A DNA stretch of 64,000 nt from Syntrophales bacterium (lineage in GTDB: Bacteria; Desulfobacterota; Syntrophia; Syntrophales; UBA2210): the NCBI GenBank assembly GCA_028718565.1, contig JAQULO010000002.1, positions 7,521 to 71,520 of the forward strand, written 5' to 3'. Under the pieces are notes generated by a model. The model ran no database searches. It saw only the letters and a list, made by a program, of their open reading frames with translations, and was not told the origin of the DNA. Every line of letters starts with the position of its first letter. Position 1 is the stretch's first letter. The position numbers and the translations under genes are program-made. Shown in pieces: positions 10,263 to 19,853 of this stretch.

Positions 10263-11934
10263 CGGAGCCCTCCTGCCCGAAGCCCGCGATTAGCCCCGGT
10301 TTAACCTGCGCCTTGATCCGTATGTTCTTGCCGGTTGCGTACCCCATCCCCCGGACCATGTTGAAGACCTGGTCTTCAATGATCTCCATATCGAGGTCGT
10401 CCTCACTCGCCCCCATCTTCAGAGCCCTATTACGCAGGGTTTTCATGCACATCTCCATCGCGTCCTGGTGGCCGAACCCGCGCGGTATGGCGGTCTGTAT
10501 CCCCTCCTCCGCGATGGTTGCTTCCCCCTTTTCCGTATCGGCCAGAAGTGTCACCTCGGTTGTCGTCCGGGCCAGGGCGGCGCCGATCGCGTTGGCAACC
10601 TCAGAGTGCTCGGGCACACAAGAGGGCACGTCCATCATCTTTTCTATATACGGTGCCATCGGACCGGCCGGTCCTCCGACGATATAAACAATAGTCGGGG
10701 TGATCTTTTTCCCTTTGAGAATCTCATGGACGGTATAGACGGGTTTGTCATTGACCTCTCCGAGCATCTCCCGGACCGCGGAGATTATCTTGCGGCAGGT
10801 GAGACCGAAGACCTCCTGCGCCGCCTCATCGAGCGAGCGGTTCAAGTAACCGGCTACCTCTTGAATAGCCTTGAGGGCCTTTTCTCTGTCACCGATATCT
10901 GTGAGGCCGAGGAGTATCATGGCATCCGTTGGTGTGGGGGAGGGGCCTCCGAAGGCCGCCGCCGGTCCATCCCTCTCGGGACCGATGGTAATCCGCCCGT
11001 CCTCGTATCCGACCCTGCTGTCTCCCCCTACCCCTATGGATCTGGTCAACAGCCCCCTGATGAGTGTCTTATGCCCCCCTATGGTCATACCCAGGGGTTC
11101 CAGGAGGGGGACTCCGTCGGCAAAGATCGCAATATCCGTGGTCGTTCCGCCTATGTCGAGGGCGATAGCGTCCTCACGGCTATGTGTCAGGCTCAGGATG
11201 CCCATAATGCTGGCAGCGGGGCCGGAGAGGATCGATCCGACCGGATACCCGACGGACTGGTTGATCCCGGAGGTTCCGCCGTCCGCTTTCAGGATATAGA
11301 CGGGGGCGGTTATCCGCATGCGGCCTACGTAATCCATCACATTTTTGACGAATGTGCTGTACGTTTCCCATGTCGCGGCGTTGAGATAGGTCGTCGCTAT
11401 CCGTCTGGGAAAATTCAAGTTTCCCGACATGAGGTGTCCGAAGGAGACGTGCCTGAACCTGCCGCCCATGATGTCCCCTATCTCCGTTTCGAGGCCGGGA
11501 TTTCGCGTGGAAAACTTTCCGACGATTCCCACATGTCCGATATTCTCCCTTTCAAATATACCCGCGATGTCGGCAACCTCCCCGCTGTCCGTCCCGGCGA
11601 CCCTGATTCCCCGATGATTGACGTATCCGGATATGAAGTGGGTGTCTTTGCCGATCCTGAGCATCTCGGGTGGAAGGCCGGGCCCGCCGGCCAGGATCAT
11701 CCCGACCCTGTCTGTCTTGCCCTGAACAATGGCATTGGTCGATATGGTGGTGCTGAGGACGACCCTCTCAATGTCACCGGGATCCTCGCCGATGAAGATC
11801 TTTTCTGTAACGGCTGTGAGTGATTCTATCAGATTTTTTTGGTCCGTTAGGACCTTTGCCCTCTTTTTGATCCGGAGTGTGTCCAGCAGGACCGCATCGG
11901 TGTGCGTTCCCCCAACATCAATCCCTATAATCAT
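10249..11934 (-). CDS. hydantoinase/oxoprolinase (HyuA-like) family protein
   Basis: N-terminus MIIGIDVGGTHTDAVLL and an internal DIGGTTTDI ATPase motif. It overlaps the next gene by 14 nt. Confidence 0.85.
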   Translation of the reverse strand: MIIGIDVGGTHTDAVLLDTLRIKKRAKVLTDQKNLIESLTAVTEKIFIGEDPGDIERVVLSTTISTNAIVQGKTDRVGMILAGGPGLPPEMLRIGKDTHFISGYVNHRGIRVAGTDSGEVADIAGIFERENIGHVGIVGKFSTRNPGLETEIGDIMGGRFRHVSFGHLMSGNLNFPRRIATTYLNAATWETYSTFVKNVMDYVGRMRITAPVYILKADGGTSGINQSVGYPVGSILSGPAASIMGILSLTHSREDAIALDIGGTTTDIAIFADGVPLLEPLGMTIGGHKTLIRGLLTRSIGVGGDSRVGYEDGRITIGPERDGPAAAFGGPSPTPTDAMILLGLTDIGDREKALKAIQEVAGYLNRSLDEAAQEVFGLTCRKIISAVREMLGEVNDKPVYTVHEILKGKKITPTIVYIVGGPAGPMAPYIEKMMDVPSCVPEHSEVANAIGAALARTTTEVTLLADTEKGEATIAEEGIQTAIPRGFGHQDAMEMCMKTLRNRALKMGASEDDLDMEIIEDQVFNMVRGMGYATGKNIRIKAQVKPGLIAGFGQEGSDVRQ

Positions 11935-12085
11935 AATCTCTCCCCCGGGCCCTTTTTACCAGAGTTGCCTATCACACGGACCTACACCAGTCAATTTATC
12001 ATTTTTCGCTGTTGTTTTCCGGGTAGACCCACCATGAAAACGGCCGGAAGCCGAGGTGCTGTGATCAACAGGATGATTGCGTAAT

Positions 12086-12101
12086 TGTAATTTGAATTAC
12101 A
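12086..12101. promoter_or_regulatory. perfect 7-2-7 palindrome TGTAATT-TG-AATTACA in an AT-rich promoter region
   Basis: Seen directly in the sequence. Additional GTAATT copies lie at 12081 and 12111. It is about 150 nt upstream of the hydantoinase-like gene start. Confidence 0.25.
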
Positions 12102-12529
12102 CAATTTCACGTAATTCGCCTCTTTTTTTGAGACGAGATTGCCATTTTTTGCGGACGGAAATTTTCGCGTACAACACACAATTCGGGGAAGACACCTTTT
12201 TGCCCGTGCCCGAACCTTTCGCCACTCAATACCTGAGGGAGAAAATGAGGCGATCTTTTTTCAACCTGGTACATGTTTTTTCAGGGGGCTAGGATGCCGA
12301 TAGGCCCCCTTCATTTCCAAGGGGGGAGCCTTACCGGTAAGGTATTTATCCCGCAATAGAGACCTTCCCTGACAATACCCTGGGCCACCTGTCTGCCATC
12401 CACGATAAAAAGTACGCGCACATCTATTCGATTCCAATCCGGAAGAGCTGCAATTCTTCCCCAGTTACCGTGGGCAAAACGGCCTCCCTTATCACAGACA
12501 GCTCACCCCGCTTGCAGTACCTTTCGGCC

Positions 12530-14956
12530 TTAACCCCTTGTCCCCATCTCCTCAATCATCCTTTTTACCTGTGCCGACTCTTCCTTCCCCAGACCCAGCT
12601 TGATGGCCTCCCGGAACGACTCCCGAGCCTTCGGAAAATCCTTCTCCCGGTAGTAAGCCAGTCCGAGATGGTAGCGGAATACAGGGCGAGCGGCAACGAG
12701 CCTGATTGCCTCAAGAAACTGATTTTTTGCCATAAGCGGAGAACCGCTTTTGAGATAGACCCACCCCAGCGTATCGGCTACGTCCGCGTTCTGGGGTATG
12801 AGCTCTTTGGCTTTCAGTGCCAGTGTCAGGGCGCGGTCCAGATTCTGATTCGTGTCGGCATATAGATAGGCCAGGTCATTCGCTGCCGGGCCGTATGATT
12901 CATTAACCTTGAGAAGACTTTCATAGGAACCGATTGCCTTATCGATATCCCCCCTGTTCCGGTAAAGAGAGGCCATTTTCATATAGGCTGGAAAATTCCG
13001 CGGATTCAACTGTACGACCCTCTTATACATTTCGAGTGCGGCATCATAATTCTGCTGAGCCAGTGAGGACGCGGCCATCATCGTCAAGGGAAGATCCGAT
13101 TCCGGATTCTCGGCAATCAGCTCGGATAGAATACCGTCAGCCGTTTCGTATTTTTTCTGGCTTAAAAGAACAATAGCCTTTGTCAGAGACCCCTGCAAAT
13201 CCTTGGGCCGCTTTTTTAGATAATCATCACAGAGAGTGAGGGCTTTTTCGTACTGCTCCCTTTCGACATAGATCTTTGCCATTTCACGAAGCGGCCTGAC
13301 AGGATCGGGGTAGGTTTCTAGGATTTCACCGAAACTGCTCAGGGCTTCGTCCAGTTTTCCCTGGGCGCGGAACACCCCCGCCATCTCAAATTGGATAAGC
13401 GGCAGATCGGGATTTTTTTTCAAGATTGACCGGTAGTCCGCGATGGCATCCTCATAGTGCCCGGATTGCCGATGGGCTGCCGCCCGTAGGGCCATGGCCT
13501 GGTCGTCATCAGGATCTGCCTTTAATATTTTTCCGAGCTCTTCCAGTGCCAATGACGATTTTCCTGTCTTCAAGTAGATATAAGAGAGAGTGAGACGCAT
13601 CCTCAGAGAGGTAGGATCTTTTTCAAGGGCCTGCAGTACCTCCGACAGAGAGATATCATATTGCTGATCATCCAGAAACGTCAGACCGTAATAGTAATCT
13701 CCCTCTGCTGATTTGGGGTCCAGAACGCGGGCCGTGGAAAACTCCTTTCTGGCCTCGGAAACCTTACCTTCCTTTCTGAACAAGATTCCACGGAGCATAT
13801 GGCCTTTAGCGTATTCCGGCTCTTCTTTCAGTATTTCTTCTATATGTTTCAGGGCCTGATCATCTTGCCTTTCAGCCAGAAGGAGCTCGGCAATCTTGGA
13901 TTTAACCGGCAGCAGTTTGGGCCATTTCTCGATAATCTTTTTATAGGCCTCTATGGCCTGTGGGTACTGTTTCAGAACTACATAGTAGTCTGCCAGGAGG
14001 ATTGAGCTCTTCTGATCCTCCGGAGAAATTGCTATTGCATCTTTAAAGCTCTGGATGGCGGCCGAATGGTTTTTCTGCCTGTGCTGAACAACGGCCAGGG
14101 CCTGAAACAACTCGGGATATTTCAGCCCTCTCCCTGTGGCCTCCTTTAACAATGTCTCTGAGGCATTCAATCGATTGTTGCGCAGGTAAAAGCGTGCGAG
14201 GGCCAGATAGGAAACCGGTTTTTCCGGAAAATCGCGTTTGATGTCAAGAAAGGTGGATTCAGCCAGATCATGCAGGCGCATCCCCTCGTAAAACTGGGCG
14301 AGAGACAGTCGTGTAAATATATCTTCAGAATTGATCGCGGCCGCCGCTTCCATCATCTTTTGTGCTTCACCCGGTTGCTTTTCCAAAAGGAGGACACGGG
14401 CCATGTTTATTTTGGCGCTGGGATTGTCGGGATAGGTCGTTACCGCTTCCGACAGGACTTTTTTCGCATCATCCACCTTCCCGGTGTTTATCAGTGCGGT
14501 GCCCAGCATGAGCAGGGTTTCGAGGTCCGCTCCGACACTTTCTATCAATTGATTATAGAGTGGAATTGCCAGGGAATAGGCGCGATTTTGGAAGTACAGC
14601 AGGGCCAGTGTTTTTTTTGCCTCATTCAGGTCGGGGTTATACTTGATGGCCGACTTCAGCTCGCTTTCTGCCAGATGCGCCTGTTTTGATCCAATGTAGA
14701 GGGATCCGAGTTGGTAGTGGGCGCGTGCGTGATAGGGGCTTTTCTGCACCGCGTTTCTAAAATGGATCATAGCGGCATCGGTCTTTTGCTCCTCCAGGGC
14801 TTTCAGTCCTGACTGGTAATACCCTTCACCCTTTTCCTCATCGCTTTCAAAGAGTGAACAGCCCGCGCCGAGAAGTACGCAGGAGAGGACAAAGAAAGAT
14901 ATCAGGATTCTCAAAAATTTTGTTCTTTTCACTATCACCGTACCTCCAGTTACCAT
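12530..14956 (-). CDS. large tetratricopeptide-repeat lipoprotein (PrsT-like)
   Basis: An 808-aa protein with a lipobox LLGAGC and TPR repeats throughout. Its architecture resembles PEP-CTERM-associated TPR lipoproteins (from memory, not searched). Confidence 0.7.
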   Translation of the reverse strand: MVTGGTVIVKRTKFLRILISFFVLSCVLLGAGCSLFESDEEKGEGYYQSGLKALEEQKTDAAMIHFRNAVQKSPYHARAHYQLGSLYIGSKQAHLAESELKSAIKYNPDLNEAKKTLALLYFQNRAYSLAIPLYNQLIESVGADLETLLMLGTALINTGKVDDAKKVLSEAVTTYPDNPSAKINMARVLLLEKQPGEAQKMMEAAAAINSEDIFTRLSLAQFYEGMRLHDLAESTFLDIKRDFPEKPVSYLALARFYLRNNRLNASETLLKEATGRGLKYPELFQALAVVQHRQKNHSAAIQSFKDAIAISPEDQKSSILLADYYVVLKQYPQAIEAYKKIIEKWPKLLPVKSKIAELLLAERQDDQALKHIEEILKEEPEYAKGHMLRGILFRKEGKVSEARKEFSTARVLDPKSAEGDYYYGLTFLDDQQYDISLSEVLQALEKDPTSLRMRLTLSYIYLKTGKSSLALEELGKILKADPDDDQAMALRAAAHRQSGHYEDAIADYRSILKKNPDLPLIQFEMAGVFRAQGKLDEALSSFGEILETYPDPVRPLREMAKIYVEREQYEKALTLCDDYLKKRPKDLQGSLTKAIVLLSQKKYETADGILSELIAENPESDLPLTMMAASSLAQQNYDAALEMYKRVVQLNPRNFPAYMKMASLYRNRGDIDKAIGSYESLLKVNESYGPAANDLAYLYADTNQNLDRALTLALKAKELIPQNADVADTLGWVYLKSGSPLMAKNQFLEAIRLVAARPVFRYHLGLAYYREKDFPKARESFREAIKLGLGKEESAQVKRMIEEMGTRG

Positions 14957-15168
14957 AATTGGTGTAATATGACTGCCGACAGCATTTTATTATGAAATCA
15001 ATAGGTTGTCAATGAAATAACCAAAATTTTCTAGAGGACGGTAAACCCCCCGGCGTCTTTTCAATCAGGGCACATTTCGCCTGCGCCCCCATTTCCATGC
15101 GAGGGGTTCGATTCTTCCCTTCACGACGGGGCCACATCTTGTTAATATCGCTCGCCCTAATCCTGGCG

Positions 15169-15708
15169 TCAAAAGGATTTTTTCTCCTTCATAAGGATCT
15201 TTGACTGAATGAGGATTCCAAGAAGGGCCAGGACGATGGCGATGGCTGTTTCCATCATCGGCTCCAGTGTGAAGGAATCTGTGATGATCGAGCCCCCGGC
15301 CGCCGAAGAGAGGATGATGAGGGCCCAGTCGAAGAGGAGGAACAGCAGCAGCGCTCCGACGATCCCGCCGCTGACGTAGGCGATCCAGAATATCTCCTGA
15401 GAAACCAGCCCGAAAGAGGTCACAATCATGTAGGCTATGTAGGAGCCCGCGAGAAAACCGCCCACGAATATCGCAAAGCCCTGTAGGAAAACAGCGATGG
15501 CCACGCCGATGACCCCCGCGATAATCCCCACAGATAGGGACATGATGAAGGATTCTACGCCCAGGAGATGGTCGGCCAAGGTAAATCCGGTGATGAAACC
15601 TATGGCGCCCACGAAAAACCAGAAGAATTTTCGGCCGCCCACCAGCAGAAGGATGCCTATTACAACGTATATCAACGGTGTCAGTTTCATAAAGCCTCCC
15701 CCTTTCAT
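15169..15708 (-). CDS. polytopic membrane protein (DUF4203-like)
   Basis: A 179-aa protein with 5-6 Gly/Ile-rich hydrophobic helices. The family assignment is tentative. Confidence 0.5.
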   Translation of the reverse strand: MKGGGFMKLTPLIYVVIGILLLVGGRKFFWFFVGAIGFITGFTLADHLLGVESFIMSLSVGIIAGVIGVAIAVFLQGFAIFVGGFLAGSYIAYMIVTSFGLVSQEIFWIAYVSGGIVGALLLFLLFDWALIILSSAAGGSIITDSFTLEPMMETAIAIVLALLGILIQSKILMKEKKSF

Positions 15709-15931
15709 GCTTGTCTTTTCAGGAACGGGTGCCCCCCTGCGGGCGGGTTATACCCGGCAAATGCCCTCGGCCAGCAAGTTGCATTCATTACAAAAAAAGT
15801 CAAGGGAAAGATGCCCTCAACAGTAGGGGTGGCCATGCGGTACATGTTCCGGCTGGTACTTCTCGGAGCTATCCGCCTTGCGGTGGGGGCTTGCGACCTG
15901 TTCGCTTGAGATTCCCCGGGGAGGGGGGACA

Positions 15932-16837
15932 TTATTCGTCAGAGAAGATATCGTCGTCCTGGTAGTTTCTTTTCCTGATCCGTGCCCTGATGAATCCGAA
16001 TACCGTCAGGAGTGCTCCCAGAAAGAAGAGGGTCTGATAGAGGTGAACGACAAGATACGTAAACCAGGTGGCCCTCTTTCCGAGATCCTTCACCCACTTA
16101 CTTTCAAGCTCGGCAAGGGAGATGGAAAGGCTTCGGTGAATCGCCCTGTCCGGGGCATATCCTTCTCTCAGGTATTTCAGGATGTCCAGGATTCCCTTTC
16201 TTCCAAATTTTCTATTGATATACTCTATAAGGTCCTTACTTTCCTCGTAAGCCGTAAGGAGCGGCACCTCCCCTGCGGGGAAATATGTTACCAGATTCCT
16301 GATGCTGATATAATTTCCGGAAAGAACGGCCCTGTTGAGGACAAAACGCTCCCTGTCCATTATTATCCCCGCCATACCACCGCTTACCCACTGAGAGATT
16401 CCTTCGTCGAGCCATCGGGGAAGGTTGGCACTTTGTATATGATGGTGGAGCAGGAGATGGCACAATTCATGTTTAAGGGTTGTCGCGAGGAGGGATGGGT
16501 CTGCGGCCATCCGTGAATAGTCGATCACGATAAGCCTTTGTCCGGGAACAGCAAAGGCCGTGAAAAGGGTGCTTCCGGCCCTCTCTTGAAAGGTTTGTCT
16601 ATCCTTGATCAGCAGGACCGTCGGTTTGAAATCGAGCCGCCACCCGAGCGTTTTCTCAAGTTCCTCTCTTAGGGCGGGATAGATATCGGAGACCTCTTTT
16701 GCGGCAATCTCCAGTGGCTCCTCGAAGAGGACGATGACGGCATCCGTCTCGGTGGCTGATCTCTGTGTCCCCCGGAGCGGCGTCGGGAAGAGAAGGATGA
16801 GGCATATGAAAAGGAGGACTTTTTTACGGCATACCAT
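15932..16837 (-). CDS. secreted/anchored zinc metallopeptidase-like protein (peptidase MA-like)
   Basis: Has a signal peptide, an HELCH (HExxH) motif with downstream WLDEG, and a C-terminal TM anchor. Confidence 0.55.
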   Translation of the reverse strand: MVCRKKVLLFICLILLFPTPLRGTQRSATETDAVIVLFEEPLEIAAKEVSDIYPALREELEKTLGWRLDFKPTVLLIKDRQTFQERAGSTLFTAFAVPGQRLIVIDYSRMAADPSLLATTLKHELCHLLLHHHIQSANLPRWLDEGISQWVSGGMAGIIMDRERFVLNRAVLSGNYISIRNLVTYFPAGEVPLLTAYEESKDLIEYINRKFGRKGILDILKYLREGYAPDRAIHRSLSISLAELESKWVKDLGKRATWFTYLVVHLYQTLFFLGALLTVFGFIRARIRKRNYQDDDIFSDE

Positions 16838-16947
16838 CGAACACCTTTTTTATGTCCCGTTCCTGTCACGGATATTCCGGGAATCCGCGGTATTTGTTCC
16901 GCCGGAGTGATTCTGACCCACCCGGCAGAAACGGGGCGGTGTGAAGA

Positions 16948-17166
16948 CTACTTGTGAAGCAGCCACACTATCAATGAAATGACAAGGCTGACAACAACCA
17001 TGGTCGTTATCGGGGAATACACCGTCAGGTTCGGTCTGCTGATCATGATATCGCCGGGGAGGCACCCCAGGGGGAGCTTCCCCAGCCACGGCCAGAGGAG
17101 GCCCATGGCGACGAGTATGACACCAATGGTGATAAGATATTTCTGCATCATTCCTTTCCCGTACAA
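16948..17166 (-). CDS. DUF2905 small membrane protein
   Basis: A 72-aa protein with the LPGDIMISRPNLTVYSPITT core typical of DUF2905. Confidence 0.8.
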   Translation of the reverse strand: MYGKGMMQKYLITIGVILVAMGLLWPWLGKLPLGCLPGDIMISRPNLTVYSPITTMVVVSLVISLIVWLLHK

Positions 17167-17175
17167 ACGGTCTTC

Positions 17176-18714
17176 CTATTCATTCTTCCGTGACATGATA
17201 AAGAAAGGGGCGTGATTCGATGTAAACACCGTGGGGTCTCTTCGCACGATCGACTGGATTGCGGGATTCCTTCTGAACTCGCCGTCCAGAAACCGCCTCA
17301 CCTGCCCGCGGTTCCACCCCTCGGGGTGACGGAACTGTCGGTAGAGGGTCAGGTCGCCGGCATAAAAGTCTTCCGTATCCAGCTTTGCTGCGTCCGGGCC
17401 GTAGGCGGGCATGTTGAATATGGCGAGATTCAGGTAATCGATATATTCTCGGTGCCGTATAACATAATTGAGGGTATTTTGCGCCCCTCCGAGCGTCTCG
17501 GCGGGGGTCCCGAACAGAAGGTAGATGTAGGTGCCTATCCCGGCGTCCTTGAGATTCTTCAACGCCGCGGATGCCTCCGCCAAGTCGATCCCCTTGTCGA
17601 GGGCGTCAAGGACTCCCTGATCCCCCGACTCCAATCCGATCTTCAGCATGACACACCCCGAACGTTTCAGGCCTCTGCAAAAGCCGGGGTCGGTGAGGTG
17701 CCGGGTTATCCTGGCGAATCCGTACCAGGGAACGCCGGGGGGGCTGTCCGCTATCGTCGCAAGAAGCACCGGACTCATAGCGTTGTCGAGAAAGTGTATC
17801 AGAGCAGGCCCGTTGCTGTCGATAAGGGTGCCGATATCGGAGAGCGTCTCGTGGACCGGAGGGTGGGAATAGACACTCCCCTCGGCCTTCTCCGGGCAGA
17901 AGGTGCACCGGCCCCAGTAGCAGCCGCTCGACGCGCTGTAGGGGAGGACAAACCCCGGTGACAGGTAGGGGGTCTCGTGGAAAGGGGCGTAGTCCGGCAT
18001 GATGTGCCCGTTCGAAGGGGAGATGCCGAACATGCCGAGGAGGGGTGCCTCTCCCGGCCCCGCGATCATATCGTCGACAAGCCCGTCGAAGGGACTCTTC
18101 CAGTCTGGACTGCTGAGCCACGATGTCACCAGACCTCCCCCTAGGACGAGCCTCGCGTCCGGGCAGAGTTTCCGTATCAGGCCGATCAGGGAGAAGGCAG
18201 GGAGGGCCTGACTCAGATAGTTCAGTGAAAGCCCGACGACGGAGGGCTCCTCATCCGCGAAGAGTGCCCTCAGCCGCTCTGTAAAGTAGGGATAAAAGGG
18301 ACTCTTCTCCGGCTTTTCGGACGCCCCGATGAGATCGGAACTCCTGAGGGGTGAGAGGGCCCCGTCCTGGTAGTTTGCGAGGCCGAGCTGCACGCCGCGG
18401 GGGTGCGCCGCCAGATCGAGGACGCGGTTTATCTCCTTCACCGCCTGGGTATAACGGCCCGTATGCCTGTAAATATCCCGGTGCAGGAGCGCCGAGAGGT
18501 TCGCATGCAGGTGCCTCAGCGCCCGCCGGGACCACGTGTCATCGGACCCGGAGGGACACTCCAGTAGACTCATCAGGCCTTCGAGATTGGCATCCAGCAC
18601 GCGGCAGTGAACGCCGTGCCCCTTCAGCGTCCCCAGGAGCCTTGCAATCCCCGCGGGCGGCTCGCAGGGCCGTACGACGGGGGGGTTAATCAGAAACATA
18701 GTGCCGGATTCCAC
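17176..18714 (-). CDS. B12-binding-domain-like radical SAM protein
   Basis: Has an N-terminal Rossmann-like region and the cluster motif GCYWGRCTFC (C-x4-C-x2-C spacing, seen directly). The start may be the MFLINPP ATG at 18699. Confidence 0.75.
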   Translation of the reverse strand: MESGTMFLINPPVVRPCEPPAGIARLLGTLKGHGVHCRVLDANLEGLMSLLECPSGSDDTWSRRALRHLHANLSALLHRDIYRHTGRYTQAVKEINRVLDLAAHPRGVQLGLANYQDGALSPLRSSDLIGASEKPEKSPFYPYFTERLRALFADEEPSVVGLSLNYLSQALPAFSLIGLIRKLCPDARLVLGGGLVTSWLSSPDWKSPFDGLVDDMIAGPGEAPLLGMFGISPSNGHIMPDYAPFHETPYLSPGFVLPYSASSGCYWGRCTFCPEKAEGSVYSHPPVHETLSDIGTLIDSNGPALIHFLDNAMSPVLLATIADSPPGVPWYGFARITRHLTDPGFCRGLKRSGCVMLKIGLESGDQGVLDALDKGIDLAEASAALKNLKDAGIGTYIYLLFGTPAETLGGAQNTLNYVIRHREYIDYLNLAIFNMPAYGPDAAKLDTEDFYAGDLTLYRQFRHPEGWNRGQVRRFLDGEFRRNPAIQSIVRRDPTVFTSNHAPFFIMSRKNE

Positions 18715-18747
18715 AGTTCGTCCATTCCCCGTAATTGTGCCTGACCC

Positions 18748-18765
18748 GCACTCGCACTCGCACTC
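18748..18765. repeat. (GCACTC)x3 hexanucleotide tandem repeat
   Basis: Seen directly in the sequence, between the radical SAM start and the upstream small membrane protein gene. Confidence 0.9.
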
Positions 18766-18783
18766 GTACCATTCCCGACAGGT

Positions 18784-19041
18784 CTATTCCTTGCAGCGTC
18801 CGGCGATAAAGTTGTAGAGCCAGGCAAAGATTGCCCCCCCGATCCCGCCATCCACAAATGCCCAGGCAAGCCCGATGAAACTGCCGACAGGAGACAGGTT
18901 GTAGCCGCGGTACAGGCTTCCGATAAAAGTGGGATCGCCCGTCGCCCCATCAAAGGCGATGATCCACCAGGTCAGAAAAAAAAGACCGAATCCCCAGACC
19001 AGCCCGCACGTCAGTGCAAACGCCTTTACATTGAGCTTCAT
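18784..19041 (-). CDS. small two/three-TM membrane protein, unknown function
   Basis: An 85-aa hydrophobic, Trp/Gly-rich protein. The family was not recognised with confidence. Confidence 0.55.
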   Translation of the reverse strand: MKLNVKAFALTCGLVWGFGLFFLTWWIIAFDGATGDPTFIGSLYRGYNLSPVGSFIGLAWAFVDGGIGGAIFAWLYNFIAGRCKE

Positions 19042-19853
19042 TTTGACATCTCCTTATTTTGATGGTTAAACCACGTTTCAGCCGCCGTAAAAAAGCGCAG
19101 CCGGGCCCAAGTTATCGAGAGCGCCCCGCGGTGCGCAGTAACAATTTGTATATACGGCGGGTTAAAGTCATGTCCGGGCATTGTCCGCACACCCGCAGGT
19201 AGTTGAAGAGAGGGCAATCGGGTAGTTGTGGGTCGCAATCTCTTAATAACAAAGATACAGGCCGTAATGCAAGTGAACTTAGGAGTAGCTTCGAAGCGTC
19301 AGGATCGAGAAGCCGACCGGGTTATGAGTCCGGGGAGGCTGTTGGAGCCGGGCAAAAAGACAATGGAGGCTGTCTGATTTTTATTCCGGGGTATCGGAGG
19401 CGGCATGTATTGGAGTATAAACAGCCCAGTCTTGGAGGAGCAACAACCTGGTTTGCATATGTAAGAAAACGAAAGTGCAGAAGGCTGTACAGGGTTCATA
19501 ATGCCGATTGAGGCCACAGTTTGCCCCCTGGAAGCCTGTTTGATGCCATAACCGCGTAGAATCGGCGTCGGTTCACGCTCGGGCCAAAAAAAGTGTTGAT
19601 GGACCGATGAGGGCAGTGAATTGCAAGCCAATACCGAAGACCCATTGATAGTATTGGCACAATAAATGAACCCTCATTGGCATGCTCATGCACTGGATTG
19701 GGGCTTCGAATCCAAACATACCGTTTGGCTCAACTCGAAAAAGCGTTAAAAAAGTTGAAACCTTGAAATATACAATAAAAGCTGCAAAAAAATCGTTGTA
19801 CCTGGACGCCTATTCCTGTGCGGATTTCAGAGGAGAATGTTACCCGTTAATAT

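Noticed and set aside
12290-12530. A possible small RNA or terminator in the spacer after the TPR lipoprotein gene, based on hairpins AGGGGGC…GCCCCCT, CCTTACCGGTAAGG and GGAAGA…TCTTCC.
   Set aside because: None has a U-tract in the orientation of the upstream gene. No match to any RNA family I can recognise (RNase P, SRP, 6S, tmRNA cores absent). There is too little evidence to call a feature.
17606-18689. Arg/Pro/Gly-rich ORFs 17606..18121 (-), 18251..18535 (-) and 18351..18689 (+), inside and opposite the radical SAM gene.
   Set aside because: These are alternative frames of a GC-rich gene with a clear radical SAM product. Their composition is typical of off-frame translation.
19690-19730. 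tRNA T-arm-like GGGGCTTCGAATCC, and a tmRNA-5'-like stretch on the minus strand (GGATTCGAAG…GAGCATGCC).
   Set aside because: No acceptor stem, no cloverleaf, and the loop length is wrong (8 nt). There is no GGGG 5' end, no 3' tRNA-like domain with CCA context, and no plausible tag reading frame ending in ALAA.
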